From: an uncultured Spirochaetales bacterium
GTDB lineage: Bacteria > Spirochaetota > Spirochaetia > Treponematales > JBGSOB01
Direction: 5' to 3'
Assembly (NCBI GenBank): GCA_964399285.1
Contig: CAYNQK010000004.1
Location: 7,651-71,650 of the forward strand
DNA length: 64,000 bases
Part shown: piece after piece, positions 18,637 to 26,379 of the stretch
How the letters are laid out: each line of letters begins with the position of its first letter
Numbering within the stretch: position 1 is the first letter of the stretch
Position numbers and translations under genes: made by a program
The notes under the pieces: generated by a model
The model's database searches: none
Told to the model about the DNA's origin: nothing
The model's input: only the letters and a program-made list of their open reading frames with translations

Positions 18637-19877
18637 TTGGAATACCTCCTGAAGGCGACCACGCCGTTGTGGCCGCCGAAGCCGAGCGTGCTGGACATGA
18701 CCGCGTCGATCTTGCCCATCGCTCCCTTATTGGGAATGTAGTCGAGGTCGCACTCGGGATCGGCCTCTTCCTGGTTGATGGTCGGGGGGAAGAATCCGTC
18801 GCGCATGGCCATGACGGAGATGATGGCCTCGATCGCGCCCGTGCCGCCGATGCAGTGGCCGTGCATGCTCTTCGTGGACGAGATCCTGAGCTTCCGCGCG
18901 TGGTCGCCGAAGGCGAGCTTCAGGGCCTTTGTCTCCGTGGGGTCGTTGATGGGCGTGGAGGTGCCGTGCGCGTTGTAGTACTGGATGTCCTCCGGCTTCA
19001 TCCCGGCGTCCTCGAGGCAGAGCTTGATGGCGAGCGCGCCGCCCGTGCCCTCGGGATCGGGGGAGGTGATGTGGTAGGCGTCGCAGGACGCGCCGTAGCC
19101 AGCGAATTCCGCGAGGATGGTCGCGCCGCGCTTGAGCGCGTGCTCCTCGGTCTCGAGGATCATGGAGCCCGCGCCCTCGCCCAGGACGAAGCCGTCCCTC
19201 TTGGCGTCGAAGGGGCGGGAAGCGCGTTCGGGCTGGTCGTTGAAGGCGGTGGAGAGGGTCTTGAGCATCTCGAAGCCGCCGAAGGTGAAGGGCGTGATCG
19301 CCGCCTCGGTGCCGCCGGCGATGCAGACGTCCACGCGGCCCGAACGGATGAGGTCGAGGGCCGCTCCCAGGCCGTCGGTGCCGGAGGAGCAGGCCGTCAC
19401 CGAAGTGAGGGCGGGGCCGTGGATCCCGTACTGCATGGCGATATTGCCCGCGGCCTCGTTCGTGATGAGGAGGGGGATGGTGAGGGGGAGCATGCGCTGC
19501 CATCCCTGCTCGAAGAACTTCGCGTACGAGGCGTGGATGACCTCGAACCCGCCGATGCCGCTCCCGATGTACACGCCCGTGCGGACGGGATCGAGCATGT
19601 CGGCCTTGAGCCCGGCCTGCGCCATGGCCTGGGCGGCGGAGGCGACCGCGTACTGCGTGAACAGCGCCATCTTGCGCGCGTCCTTGGCTTCCATCCAGTT
19701 CTTCGGATCGAAGTCCTTGACCTCGGCGGCGATCTTTACGTCGTGGCTCGACGCGTCGAAGCGCGTGACCTTCCCGATGCCGGAACGGCCGTTCCTGATA
19801 TTGTCCCACATGGTCGGGACATCGTTGCCGCAGGGGCTGATGGCGCCCATGCCCGTAACGACGATCTTCTTCTTCAT
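18633..19877 (-). CDS. fabF: Beta-ketoacyl-ACP synthase II
   Basis: Starts MKKKIVVTGMG after a GAGGAGGAG SD. Active-site TACSSG and the HGTSTPxND / GHCIGG motifs are present. The upstream 300 aa of the track ORF is a different frame over fabH. Confidence 0.9.
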   Translation of the reverse strand: MKKKIVVTGMGAISPCGNDVPTMWDNIRNGRSGIGKVTRFDASSHDVKIAAEVKDFDPKNWMEAKDARKMALFTQYAVASAAQAMAQAGLKADMLDPVRTGVYIGSGIGGFEVIHASYAKFFEQGWQRMLPLTIPLLITNEAAGNIAMQYGIHGPALTSVTACSSGTDGLGAALDLIRSGRVDVCIAGGTEAAITPFTFGGFEMLKTLSTAFNDQPERASRPFDAKRDGFVLGEGAGSMILETEEHALKRGATILAEFAGYGASCDAYHITSPDPEGTGGALAIKLCLEDAGMKPEDIQYYNAHGTSTPINDPTETKALKLAFGDHARKLRISSTKSMHGHCIGGTGAIEAIISVMAMRDGFFPPTINQEEADPECDLDYIPNKGAMGKIDAVMSSTLGFGGHNGVVAFRRYSK

Positions 19878-19897
19878 AATTCTCCTCCTCGAATCGA

Positions 19898-20878
19898 TCA
19901 CCAGCGGATCACGGCGGCGCCGGAAGTCAGGCCGGCGCCGAAGCCGGTTATCGCAAGAAGCTGCCCCTTCTTGAGCAGCCCGCGGTTTTCCATGTCGTTC
20001 AGGGCGATCGGGATAGTGGCCGACGACGTGTTCGCGTAATCCTCGATATTGAGGAATACCTTCGCCTCCGGTATGCCGAGCCTCTTGGCGGCGGCCTGGA
20101 TTATGCGGGCGTTCGCCTGGTGGGGGATGATCCAGTCGAGATCGTCGAGTCCGATCCCCGCTTTCGCGGTGATCTCCTTGAGGAGCTCCACGTTCTCGCT
20201 GACCGCGAAGTTGTAAACGCGGCGGCCGTCCATGCGGATATACGGGGGCTGGACGGCCATGCCCGCCGCGTAGGGTTTGCGGGTGCCGCTCCCTTCGGTG
20301 TAGAGGGCGTCGGCGTCCTTGCCGTAGGCCTTCAGGATCGTGGCGAGGACGCCTCGGTTCCCTTCCATTCCTGAGGAGATCACCGCCGCTCCCGATCCGT
20401 CGCCGAAAAGAACGCATGTGTTCCGGTCGCTCCAGTCCGTGAGGCGCGAGAGGGCCTCGGAGGCGATGAGGAGCGCGTGGCCGCCGCCGAGGGAGGCGAG
20501 GAGCGAATCGATGATCGCGAGGCCGTAGATGAAGCCCGAGCAGGCGGCCGTGACGTCGAACGCGGGAACGCCTTCGCATCCGATCTTCCCCTGGATCACG
20601 CAGGCGGTTGAGGGGAACCCGAGGTAGTCGGGGGTCGCGGTGGCGCAGACGATGATCTTGATGTCGCTGGGCTGGAGACCCGCCTTGGCGAGTGCGGCTT
20701 TCGCGGCACGGGCCCCGAGGTCGGAAACGGCGTCCGCGTCGTCGATGATGTGCCTCGCCCCGATGCCCGTGTGCGATCGGATCCATTCGTCCGAAGTGTC
20801 TACCGTTTTGGCGAGATCGTCATTCGTGACGCGGCGCTCGGGGACCCATGAAGCTATCGCGCGAATGTGGCTGCCCAT
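19898..20878 (-). CDS. fabH: Beta-ketoacyl-ACP synthase III
   Basis: Catalytic Cys context AACSGFIYGL, and the HQANARI and GFGAGLT motifs. Confidence 0.9.
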   Translation of the reverse strand: MGSHIRAIASWVPERRVTNDDLAKTVDTSDEWIRSHTGIGARHIIDDADAVSDLGARAAKAALAKAGLQPSDIKIIVCATATPDYLGFPSTACVIQGKIGCEGVPAFDVTAACSGFIYGLAIIDSLLASLGGGHALLIASEALSRLTDWSDRNTCVLFGDGSGAAVISSGMEGNRGVLATILKAYGKDADALYTEGSGTRKPYAAGMAVQPPYIRMDGRRVYNFAVSENVELLKEITAKAGIGLDDLDWIIPHQANARIIQAAAKRLGIPEAKVFLNIEDYANTSSATIPIALNDMENRGLLKKGQLLAITGFGAGLTSGAAVIRW

Positions 20879-20889
20879 CTTGCACTCCT

Positions 20890-20914
20890 ATGACATAAAG
20901 CAGTTTAGTGTCAT
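20890..20914. promoter_or_regulatory. Inverted repeat ATGACA-N13-TGTCAT in the fabH 5' leader (candidate TetR operator or leader hairpin)
   Basis: Perfect 6-bp arms at 20890-20895 and 20909-20914. It lies between the predicted -10 and the fabH SD (TAGGAGTG). Confidence 0.3.
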
Positions 20915-20923
20915 TGAAGATGC

Positions 20924-20952
20924 AATTTAGACAGAAAAATGGTTTTTGTCAA
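20924..20952 (-). promoter_or_regulatory. Sigma-70-type promoter of the fab-acc operon
   Basis: Minus strand reads TTGACA (20952-20947), a 17-nt spacer, then TAAATT (20929-20924), inside a 148-bp AT-rich island. Confidence 0.55.
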
Positions 20953-21026
20953 TATAAGAACTGCGGATTCTGTAAAAAGATATCGATTCATGAAACGACG
21001 AAAAAAATGAAAGCGAGGCTAATTCG

Positions 21027-21620
21027 TTATGGTTTCATGATAACCGTAATCGCGCGGATAGCCGTCACCGTCTCCGAGACATCGGGAGCTTCCATTATTG
21101 CGAGCTTCATGATCGCGCCCTCGACGAGCGAGTAAATCGCCTCGGTGAGACCCTTCACGTCAGTTTTCCGGATCTGACCGGACTTCATCCCGTCGATGAG
21201 GATCCGCGAGAGGAGCATGCGCAGTCGAATCACGCGCCGCCTGATCAGATCTTCCGAGCGCCCTTTTTCGCGCCGCTGTTCGAGGAGGTAGTCGAGGATG
21301 ATGGAGAAGAGCTTCCGTTCCTCGACGCATTTCTCCACGACCGCCACCACGATGCGCTCGATCTTCTCAGAGGCGGGAAGGGAGGGGTCCTCGAGGAAGG
21401 GCTCGAAGCTCCGCTCGAGGGACTCCGTCACCTGCTTGATGGTGAAACGGAAGATCTCCCGTTTGTTCTTGAAATATGTATAGAGGATGGTCCGCGCTAT
21501 TCCGCAGCGGTCCGCTATCTTCTGATAGCTCGCGCCGGAGTAGCCCTCCTCGAGGAAGACGTCGAGCGCCTTATCGAGGATTTCATGCTTGCGTTTCTCG
21601 TGTTCCACGACGATGGACAT
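21027..21620 (-). CDS. TetR/AcrR family transcriptional regulator
   Basis: N-terminal HTH (SGASYQKIADRCGIARTILYTYFKNKREIF). Located immediately upstream of the fab promoter. Confidence 0.85.
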   Translation of the reverse strand: MSIVVEHEKRKHEILDKALDVFLEEGYSGASYQKIADRCGIARTILYTYFKNKREIFRFTIKQVTESLERSFEPFLEDPSLPASEKIERIVVAVVEKCVEERKLFSIILDYLLEQRREKGRSEDLIRRRVIRLRMLLSRILIDGMKSGQIRKTDVKGLTEAIYSLVEGAIMKLAIMEAPDVSETVTAIRAITVIMKP

Positions 21621-21627
21621 GTCTGCC

Positions 21628-22962
21628 TCAGAGCTTTCCCGCGGAGAAGTCGCGGTAGCGGTCGGGGTTCGCGCGGAAGCCGATCATCCGCGTCTTCTTT
21701 TCGGCGAGGGCCTTCTCGAGCGCGATCGCCGCTTCCTCGATGAGCTCGCGCGCCGCTATGCGGCGGCCCGCGAGGCTCGTAACGCCCATTCTCACTGCCG
21801 GGCTCCCGGAAACGCTCTCCGCCCAGGGGCCCCCGGCGAGGGCGGCCAGGAATCCCTCCGCCGACTTCATCGCCCCGTCGAGGGCCTGGCCGGGAAGGAT
21901 CACGGCGAAGCCCGAGCTTCCGCGCTCGAACGCGAGGTCCTTGTACTTGAAGTACGATGAGATCGAACGCGCCACGACGGCGTGGTCGGTCGGATCGTAG
22001 GCCTCGCGCTCGAGCTCGGCGAGGATGAGGGAGCAATCAAGGCCCGCCGTCGACGCCCGGTCGATCTCCGCCTCGAGCCTGTCCTCCAGGTAGGATTCCC
22101 AACCGAGGCCGCTCCGCTCCGAGTAGAGCCCTCGCGGCTCGTCCCGGGAGTAGCGGGGCGCGGCCGGTTCCTCGTCGAGCGGCGGCAGCGAGAATCCTGA
22201 GGCGGCCTCGACCGTAGGTTCGAGCGGCGGCAGGGAGGCGGAGGGGAAATCCGGTATGGACGGGGCAGCGAAGGGGTCTGAGCTGATGTCGTCGGCGATC
22301 TCGGGGACGGTGAATTCCTCGTCCTCGATGGCCGAGTGGAGGGAAGGCGGTTCGTATCGAGGGGCGGACGGCTCGGGGAAGGCGAGGGGTTCCGGGCGCG
22401 CGGCGCCGGATCCCTCGCCCCGCGCGTACAGGAAGAATAGGGCGGTGGCCGAGAGGAATACGATGATGAGGAGCCCGAGGAGGCTCAGGCGGAGGGGATC
22501 GGTGACGGCCCTGGCGGGAAGGACCACGAACGCGGCCTCGAGCCAGCGCTCCGCTCCGTCCTTAAGGACGATCGGAGCGCCCTTCACGACGGCCGCGTAC
22601 GGATGGAAGCCCGTGAAGGCGTCCTTTCTCGCTCCCGAGGGGAGGCGCTCCGTGGCGATATAGGGGGATCCCTCGGGGATGAGGTACTCCGTCCCGGAGC
22701 GGGGATCCCTGAGGACGATGCCGAGGACGGACTCGTCGGTCTTGAAGGCCAGGCCGACCTGTTCCCGGAAGGCCTTGGAGGATACCGAGCCGCCCATCTC
22801 GAAAGCGGATTTCACGCGTACCTTGAGGCTCTCGAATTTCGCCTCGGCGAGCCTCAAGTTCTGGGAGCGGGAATGGACGATGCTGTACCCCGCGAGGCCG
22901 ACGATGCCGACCACCACGAGGAGGACGAGGGCGAGGAAGATCCAGTCCGAATTCCGCTTCAT
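21628..22962 (-). CDS. Two-TM membrane protein with periplasmic loop, Pro-rich linker and degenerate GGDEF-like C-terminal domain
   Basis: TM1 IFLALVLLVVVGIVGLAGY and TM2 LLGLLIIVFLSATALFFLY. The C-terminus has a GGDEF-fold pattern with the A-site replaced (ERGSSGFAVILPG). The stop is 8 nt before the tetR ATG. Confidence 0.5.
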   Translation of the reverse strand: MKRNSDWIFLALVLLVVVGIVGLAGYSIVHSRSQNLRLAEAKFESLKVRVKSAFEMGGSVSSKAFREQVGLAFKTDESVLGIVLRDPRSGTEYLIPEGSPYIATERLPSGARKDAFTGFHPYAAVVKGAPIVLKDGAERWLEAAFVVLPARAVTDPLRLSLLGLLIIVFLSATALFFLYARGEGSGAARPEPLAFPEPSAPRYEPPSLHSAIEDEEFTVPEIADDISSDPFAAPSIPDFPSASLPPLEPTVEAASGFSLPPLDEEPAAPRYSRDEPRGLYSERSGLGWESYLEDRLEAEIDRASTAGLDCSLILAELEREAYDPTDHAVVARSISSYFKYKDLAFERGSSGFAVILPGQALDGAMKSAEGFLAALAGGPWAESVSGSPAVRMGVTSLAGRRIAARELIEEAAIALEKALAEKKTRMIGFRANPDRYRDFSAGKL

Positions 22963-22969
22963 GGAACGG

Positions 22970-22975
22970 ATTATA
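22970..22975 (-). promoter_or_regulatory. TATAAT -10 box 7 nt upstream of ATG 22962 (leaderless candidate)
   Basis: Minus strand reads TATAAT-CCGTTCC-ATG. No SD-like purine run is present. Confidence 0.35.
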
Positions 22976-23015
22976 TACGGTTTTTCGCGGAGGGGAAGGG
23001 GAAAAGGGAATTCGC

Positions 23016-23044
23016 TTGGAAAAGGGCCCGCCTCCGGGTATTAT
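23016..23044 (+). promoter_or_regulatory. Sigma-70-type promoter of the LiaF-like gene
   Basis: TTGGAA (23016-23021), a 17-nt spacer, TATTAT (23039-23044), followed by a GGGAGGAGG SD and ATG 23062. Confidence 0.4.
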
Positions 23045-23061
23045 TCCGGGAGGAGGCGTCC

Positions 23062-23685
23062 ATGGCCGACAGGAATGGATACCGGGAACTCCCCATGGAG
23101 GGCTTGAGGGAAGCCGTCATGGACGAGCTCGCCGTTCAGTACTCGCGCTCCAACATCGGTATGGAGGAATACGACGATCGTTGCGGCAGGGCGGCCAAGG
23201 CGGCGGCCCGCGCCGATCTTTTGGCCCTGGTGGCGGACCTTCCAGCGGTCGCCCCCGTCCCTGAACCGGCGGAGGCCGCCGACCTGCCCGCGACCGCGCG
23301 GACAGGGGCGCCGTATCGGGTGAATCGCGGAGCCGTTCCCCCGCGCGACGTGATCATCAACGTTTTTTCAGGGAACGACCGGAAGGGCGTCTTCAACGCG
23401 CCCAAATCGCTCCAGGTCTTCAACGTCTTCGGCGGATCGGACATCGACCTCACCCAGGCCTACATCCCCCCGGAGGGCTGCGAGATCAACGTGATCTGCG
23501 TTTTCGGGGGCTGCGACATCAAGCTGCCGCGAGGCGTAAGGGTGGACGTGAGGGGGATCGGCGTCTTCGGCGGATTCGGACGGAACGCGGAGGATTCCAT
23601 GGACGAGCGCGCCCCCCTCATCCGCATCAACGGCGTCGCGGTGTTCGGGGGCTGCGACGTGAAGACCCCCGGGCGCCGAGGTTAG
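23062..23685 (+). CDS. DUF1707 / LiaF C-terminal domain protein
   Basis: N-terminal DUF1707-like segment ending ...LLALVADLP. C-terminal repeated beta motif (VFGGSDIDL, VFGGCDIKLP, GVFGGFG, VFGGCDVK). Strong SD. The track ORF start at 22603 lies antisense to the neighbouring gene. Confidence 0.65.
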   Translation: MADRNGYRELPMEGLREAVMDELAVQYSRSNIGMEEYDDRCGRAAKAAARADLLALVADLPAVAPVPEPAEAADLPATARTGAPYRVNRGAVPPRDVIINVFSGNDRKGVFNAPKSLQVFNVFGGSDIDLTQAYIPPEGCEINVICVFGGCDIKLPRGVRVDVRGIGVFGGFGRNAEDSMDERAPLIRINGVAVFGGCDVKTPGRRG

Positions 23686-23710
23686 GCGGCTCGCGGCCCG
23701 GCCGCTCAGG

Positions 23711-23757
23711 CCCTTCCCGCGCATCCCCGGCGCGGGAAGGGGAGCCTTTTATTTTTT
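23711..23757 (+). terminator. Rho-independent terminator
   Basis: 12-bp stem CCCTTCCCGCGC / GCGCGGGAAGGG with a 7-nt loop, followed by TTTTATTTTTT. Confidence 0.6.
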
Positions 23758-24261
23758 CAGTTTCGGTTCGGAGGGCGTGAAGGTGGACGCGTCCGGAACG
23801 GCGAATCCGCTCGGCAGGTCCTCCTCAGCCGCCTTCACCCATTTTTGGTTCCGGCCGATCCCGAGGACTTTGAGCTGGCCGCGGACGATGAGGGTGGATC
23901 CTTCGAGCCAGACCTTGCAAACGTACTCCTTGCCTTCCTTGGGGTCGAAGATAGTCCCGTTCCAGGACTTGCCCTTGTCCTCGAGCGCCCAGACGAAGTC
24001 GAAACCGGCGTACGGAGGATCCCCGACGAATTTCTTGGTGCGGTCGTTCGCCGCGTAGATGGTATCCTTGACCGAGCCTTCCTCGAAGGTCACGAGGATG
24101 CGCCCGTAGAGCTTCCCGCCGTGGAGATAGAGGGCGGTGATCGTCTGCGGCTTTCCCGTCTTGTCGTCGATCGACTTCCAGACTCCAACGACGTCGTCGG
24201 CGGCCCAGGCCCCGGCGGCGGCGATCAAGGCGAGGACGAACGCTATCAGCGCTTTCTTCAT
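23749..24261 (-). CDS. DUF2147-like secreted protein
   Basis: Signal peptide MKKALIAFVLALIAAAGAWA, then GVWKSIDDKTGKPQTI...GKLYGRI. A GGAGG SD precedes ATG 24261. Confidence 0.6.
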   Translation of the reverse strand: MKKALIAFVLALIAAAGAWAADDVVGVWKSIDDKTGKPQTITALYLHGGKLYGRILVTFEEGSVKDTIYAANDRTKKFVGDPPYAGFDFVWALEDKGKSWNGTIFDPKEGKEYVCKVWLEGSTLIVRGQLKVLGIGRNQKWVKAAEEDLPSGFAVPDASTFTPSEPKLKK

Positions 24262-24373
24262 GCTTGTTCCTCCGCTGGCCAGTATAATCGAGGGCCGCCG
24301 CGCGCGCAAATCCTGAATCGGCATTGCGGCGGGAACGGAGCGGGCGTATACTTCCACGGGTGAGGACGGAAAG

Positions 24374-25351
24374 GTGATCGATCCCCGCTACGCGCACCTT
24401 CTCCGGAAGGCGGAGCTCTTCCAATCGCTCCTCGACGACGACCTCGCGTACATCGCGTCATCGTCCTCCATGAAATCGGCGAGGAAAGGACGGGAAGTCT
24501 ACGCGCCCGGATCGAAGGCGGAGCGGTTCTATATCGTCGCCGAGGGAGAGCTCTCCGTGCTCCGTTCGGCGGAGGGCGGGGGAAGGACCGAAATCGCGAA
24601 ATTCCTTCCGGGAGAGGTCGTCGGGGACTTCGACTTCGCGATCGGGAGGAAGGTGGCCGATTCCGTCGTCGCATCGGCCGACTCCCTCCTCCTGGTATTC
24701 CCCGCGGAGGGGAAGTCGCTCGCCGACCTCGCGGCCGAGCAGCCGGGCGCGATATCCCGGATGACGCTCAAGTCGCTGGTAATGGTCTCTTCGCGCCTCA
24801 GGGCCGCGCACGCGCTCGTGAAGGAGAACGCCCCCTGGGTACGGGAACTCAGGCTCCAGATCCACACGGACCCGTCCACCGGACTCTGGTCCCGGGCCTT
24901 CCTCGAGGAGGAGCTCCCCGGCCTCATCGCGCGGCCCACGGCCGTCGTGTCTCTCAAGCCCGACGAGTTCAAGGCGCTCGTGGACGGCTACGGCCACGCC
25001 GCCGGAGACGCCGCCATGGCTCGCATCGCCGATAGGCTCAAGGAGATGGCCTCGCGCGACGGCGGCTGGGCCGTCCGGCTCGCGAGCAATCAGACCGCGC
25101 TCGTGCTTCCCCGATCGAGCGCCGCCGCCGCGCGCGACGCCGCGGAAAAGGCCTCGTCGCGGCTTTCCGTGCCCGAGGCCGGCGGGACGAGGCTTTCGTT
25201 CAGCGCCGCCTACGGCGTGTGGCCGGACGACTGCGCCGATTTCCGGGAGCTCCTCGATCGATGCGAGAAGGTCATGATGCGCATCTGGAAGGAAGGGGGA
25301 TCCAGGGCCGTTAGGGTGCCGGGAACGGGCGCGCGGGTGGGGGCGCCGTGA
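24374..25351 (+). CDS. cNMP-binding protein with degenerate GGDEF domain (paralog of 7175-8164)
   Basis: Shared blocks with 7175-8164: ALVKENAPWVRELR vs ALIKENSPWIREMR, and LKPDEFK...YGHAAGDAAM vs LKPDNFK...YGHEAGDAAL. The A-site reads RLASNQTALVLP. GTG start. Confidence 0.75.
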   Translation: MIDPRYAHLLRKAELFQSLLDDDLAYIASSSSMKSARKGREVYAPGSKAERFYIVAEGELSVLRSAEGGGRTEIAKFLPGEVVGDFDFAIGRKVADSVVASADSLLLVFPAEGKSLADLAAEQPGAISRMTLKSLVMVSSRLRAAHALVKENAPWVRELRLQIHTDPSTGLWSRAFLEEELPGLIARPTAVVSLKPDEFKALVDGYGHAAGDAAMARIADRLKEMASRDGGWAVRLASNQTALVLPRSSAAAARDAAEKASSRLSVPEAGGTRLSFSAAYGVWPDDCADFRELLDRCEKVMMRIWKEGGSRAVRVPGTGARVGAP

Positions 25352-26379
25352 GCGATCCCCGCCCGTTCCTCAAGGCCACGGCCATGTTCTCCGGCATGAG
25401 CGACCTCGAGATCAACGCCGTGAGCGCCTTCCTCGAGCCCGCGAGGCTGCGCGCGGGGGAGAGCGTCTTCCGCGAGGGAGAGCGGGGGAGGTCGCTTTAC
25501 ATCGTGAGGACGGGGAGGATCTCCTCCTACGTCGTGCAGGACGACGGGAGCATACGCGTCGTGGGGAAGTACGGCCCCGGGGACTTCTTCGGCGAGATGG
25601 CGGTCATCGAGGACGCCCCGAGAAGCGCTACCTGCGTGGCCGAGACGGACGCCGAGCTCATGGCGCTCGACGCGCTTGATTTCTACCGCATCGTCTACGA
25701 GCATCCGATGCTCGCGCTCAGGATGTCCCGCGCGATGGTCTCCGTCATGGCCGGTTGGCTCTCCGAGACCTACGACGTCCTCGATCAGATGGCCCGCTGG
25801 GGGGAAACGGCCCGCAAGCGCGCGATCACGGATTCGGTAACGGGGCTCTTCAATCGGCGTTTCCTGGAGGAGGTCCTTTCATCGCGGCTCGCGCGCGGTA
25901 CGGAAGGCGGCGCGCGATACGCCCTCCTCATGATGGACCTTGACGCTTTCCACGGCGTTAACGCGAAATTCGGTACGGTAGCGGGAGACGCGGCCCTGTC
26001 GCTCTCGGGCGCGATGATCGGAGCGGCGATCGAGCGGATCGCCGCCGCGGACGGAAAGGCCAATCCCTGCGCGGTGGCCGCGCGGCTCTCCGGGGACGAA
26101 TTCGCCGCGCTCGCGTCCGTCGCGGACGAGGCGGGCGCCCTCTCGCTCGCCGAGGAGATCAGGGCGGCGGTGGAGGCCCTGCCCTTCGAATTCCGCTCCG
26201 GCCCCTCGGGCAAGGCGGAAACGACGCGGATCAGCGTGTCGATCGGCATAGCGATGGCGGAGATTCGGGGCGATTCGCCCAAGGCGCTCATGGCGAGGGC
26301 CGACGATGCCCTCCTCGAAGCCAAGAAGAGCGGGCGGAACCGCGTCGTCATACGGAAAAAGAAAGGAGAAACGGCATGA
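25348..26379 (+). CDS. cNMP-binding diguanylate cyclase (SGDEF variant)
   Basis: cNMP cassette FFGEMAVIEDAPRSATCVA. GGDEF domain (ITDSVTGLFNRRFLE, MDLDAFHGVNAKFG, RLSGDEFAALA). The GTG start overlaps the upstream stop (GTGA). Confidence 0.8.
   Translation: MSDPRPFLKATAMFSGMSDLEINAVSAFLEPARLRAGESVFREGERGRSLYIVRTGRISSYVVQDDGSIRVVGKYGPGDFFGEMAVIEDAPRSATCVAETDAELMALDALDFYRIVYEHPMLALRMSRAMVSVMAGWLSETYDVLDQMARWGETARKRAITDSVTGLFNRRFLEEVLSSRLARGTEGGARYALLMMDLDAFHGVNAKFGTVAGDAALSLSGAMIGAAIERIAAADGKANPCAVAARLSGDEFAALASVADEAGALSLAEEIRAAVEALPFEFRSGPSGKAETTRISVSIGIAMAEIRGDSPKALMARADDALLEAKKSGRNRVVIRKKKGETA

Noticed and set aside
18633-20786. 717-aa ORF suggesting a giant FabF
   Set aside because: FabF begins at MKKKIVVTGMG (19877) after a GAGGAGGAG SD. 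The N-terminal 300 aa is an alternative frame of fabH with Arg/Pro/Gly-rich nonsense.
20908-21135. 75-aa plus-strand ORF with a Cys-rich head (GFCQYKNCGFCKK) starting in the AT-rich fabH/tetR gap
   Set aside because: There is no SD. It lies on top of the predicted fab promoter on the other strand and runs 109 nt antisense into tetR. This is most likely chance in AT-rich sequence, though a small peptide cannot be formally excluded.
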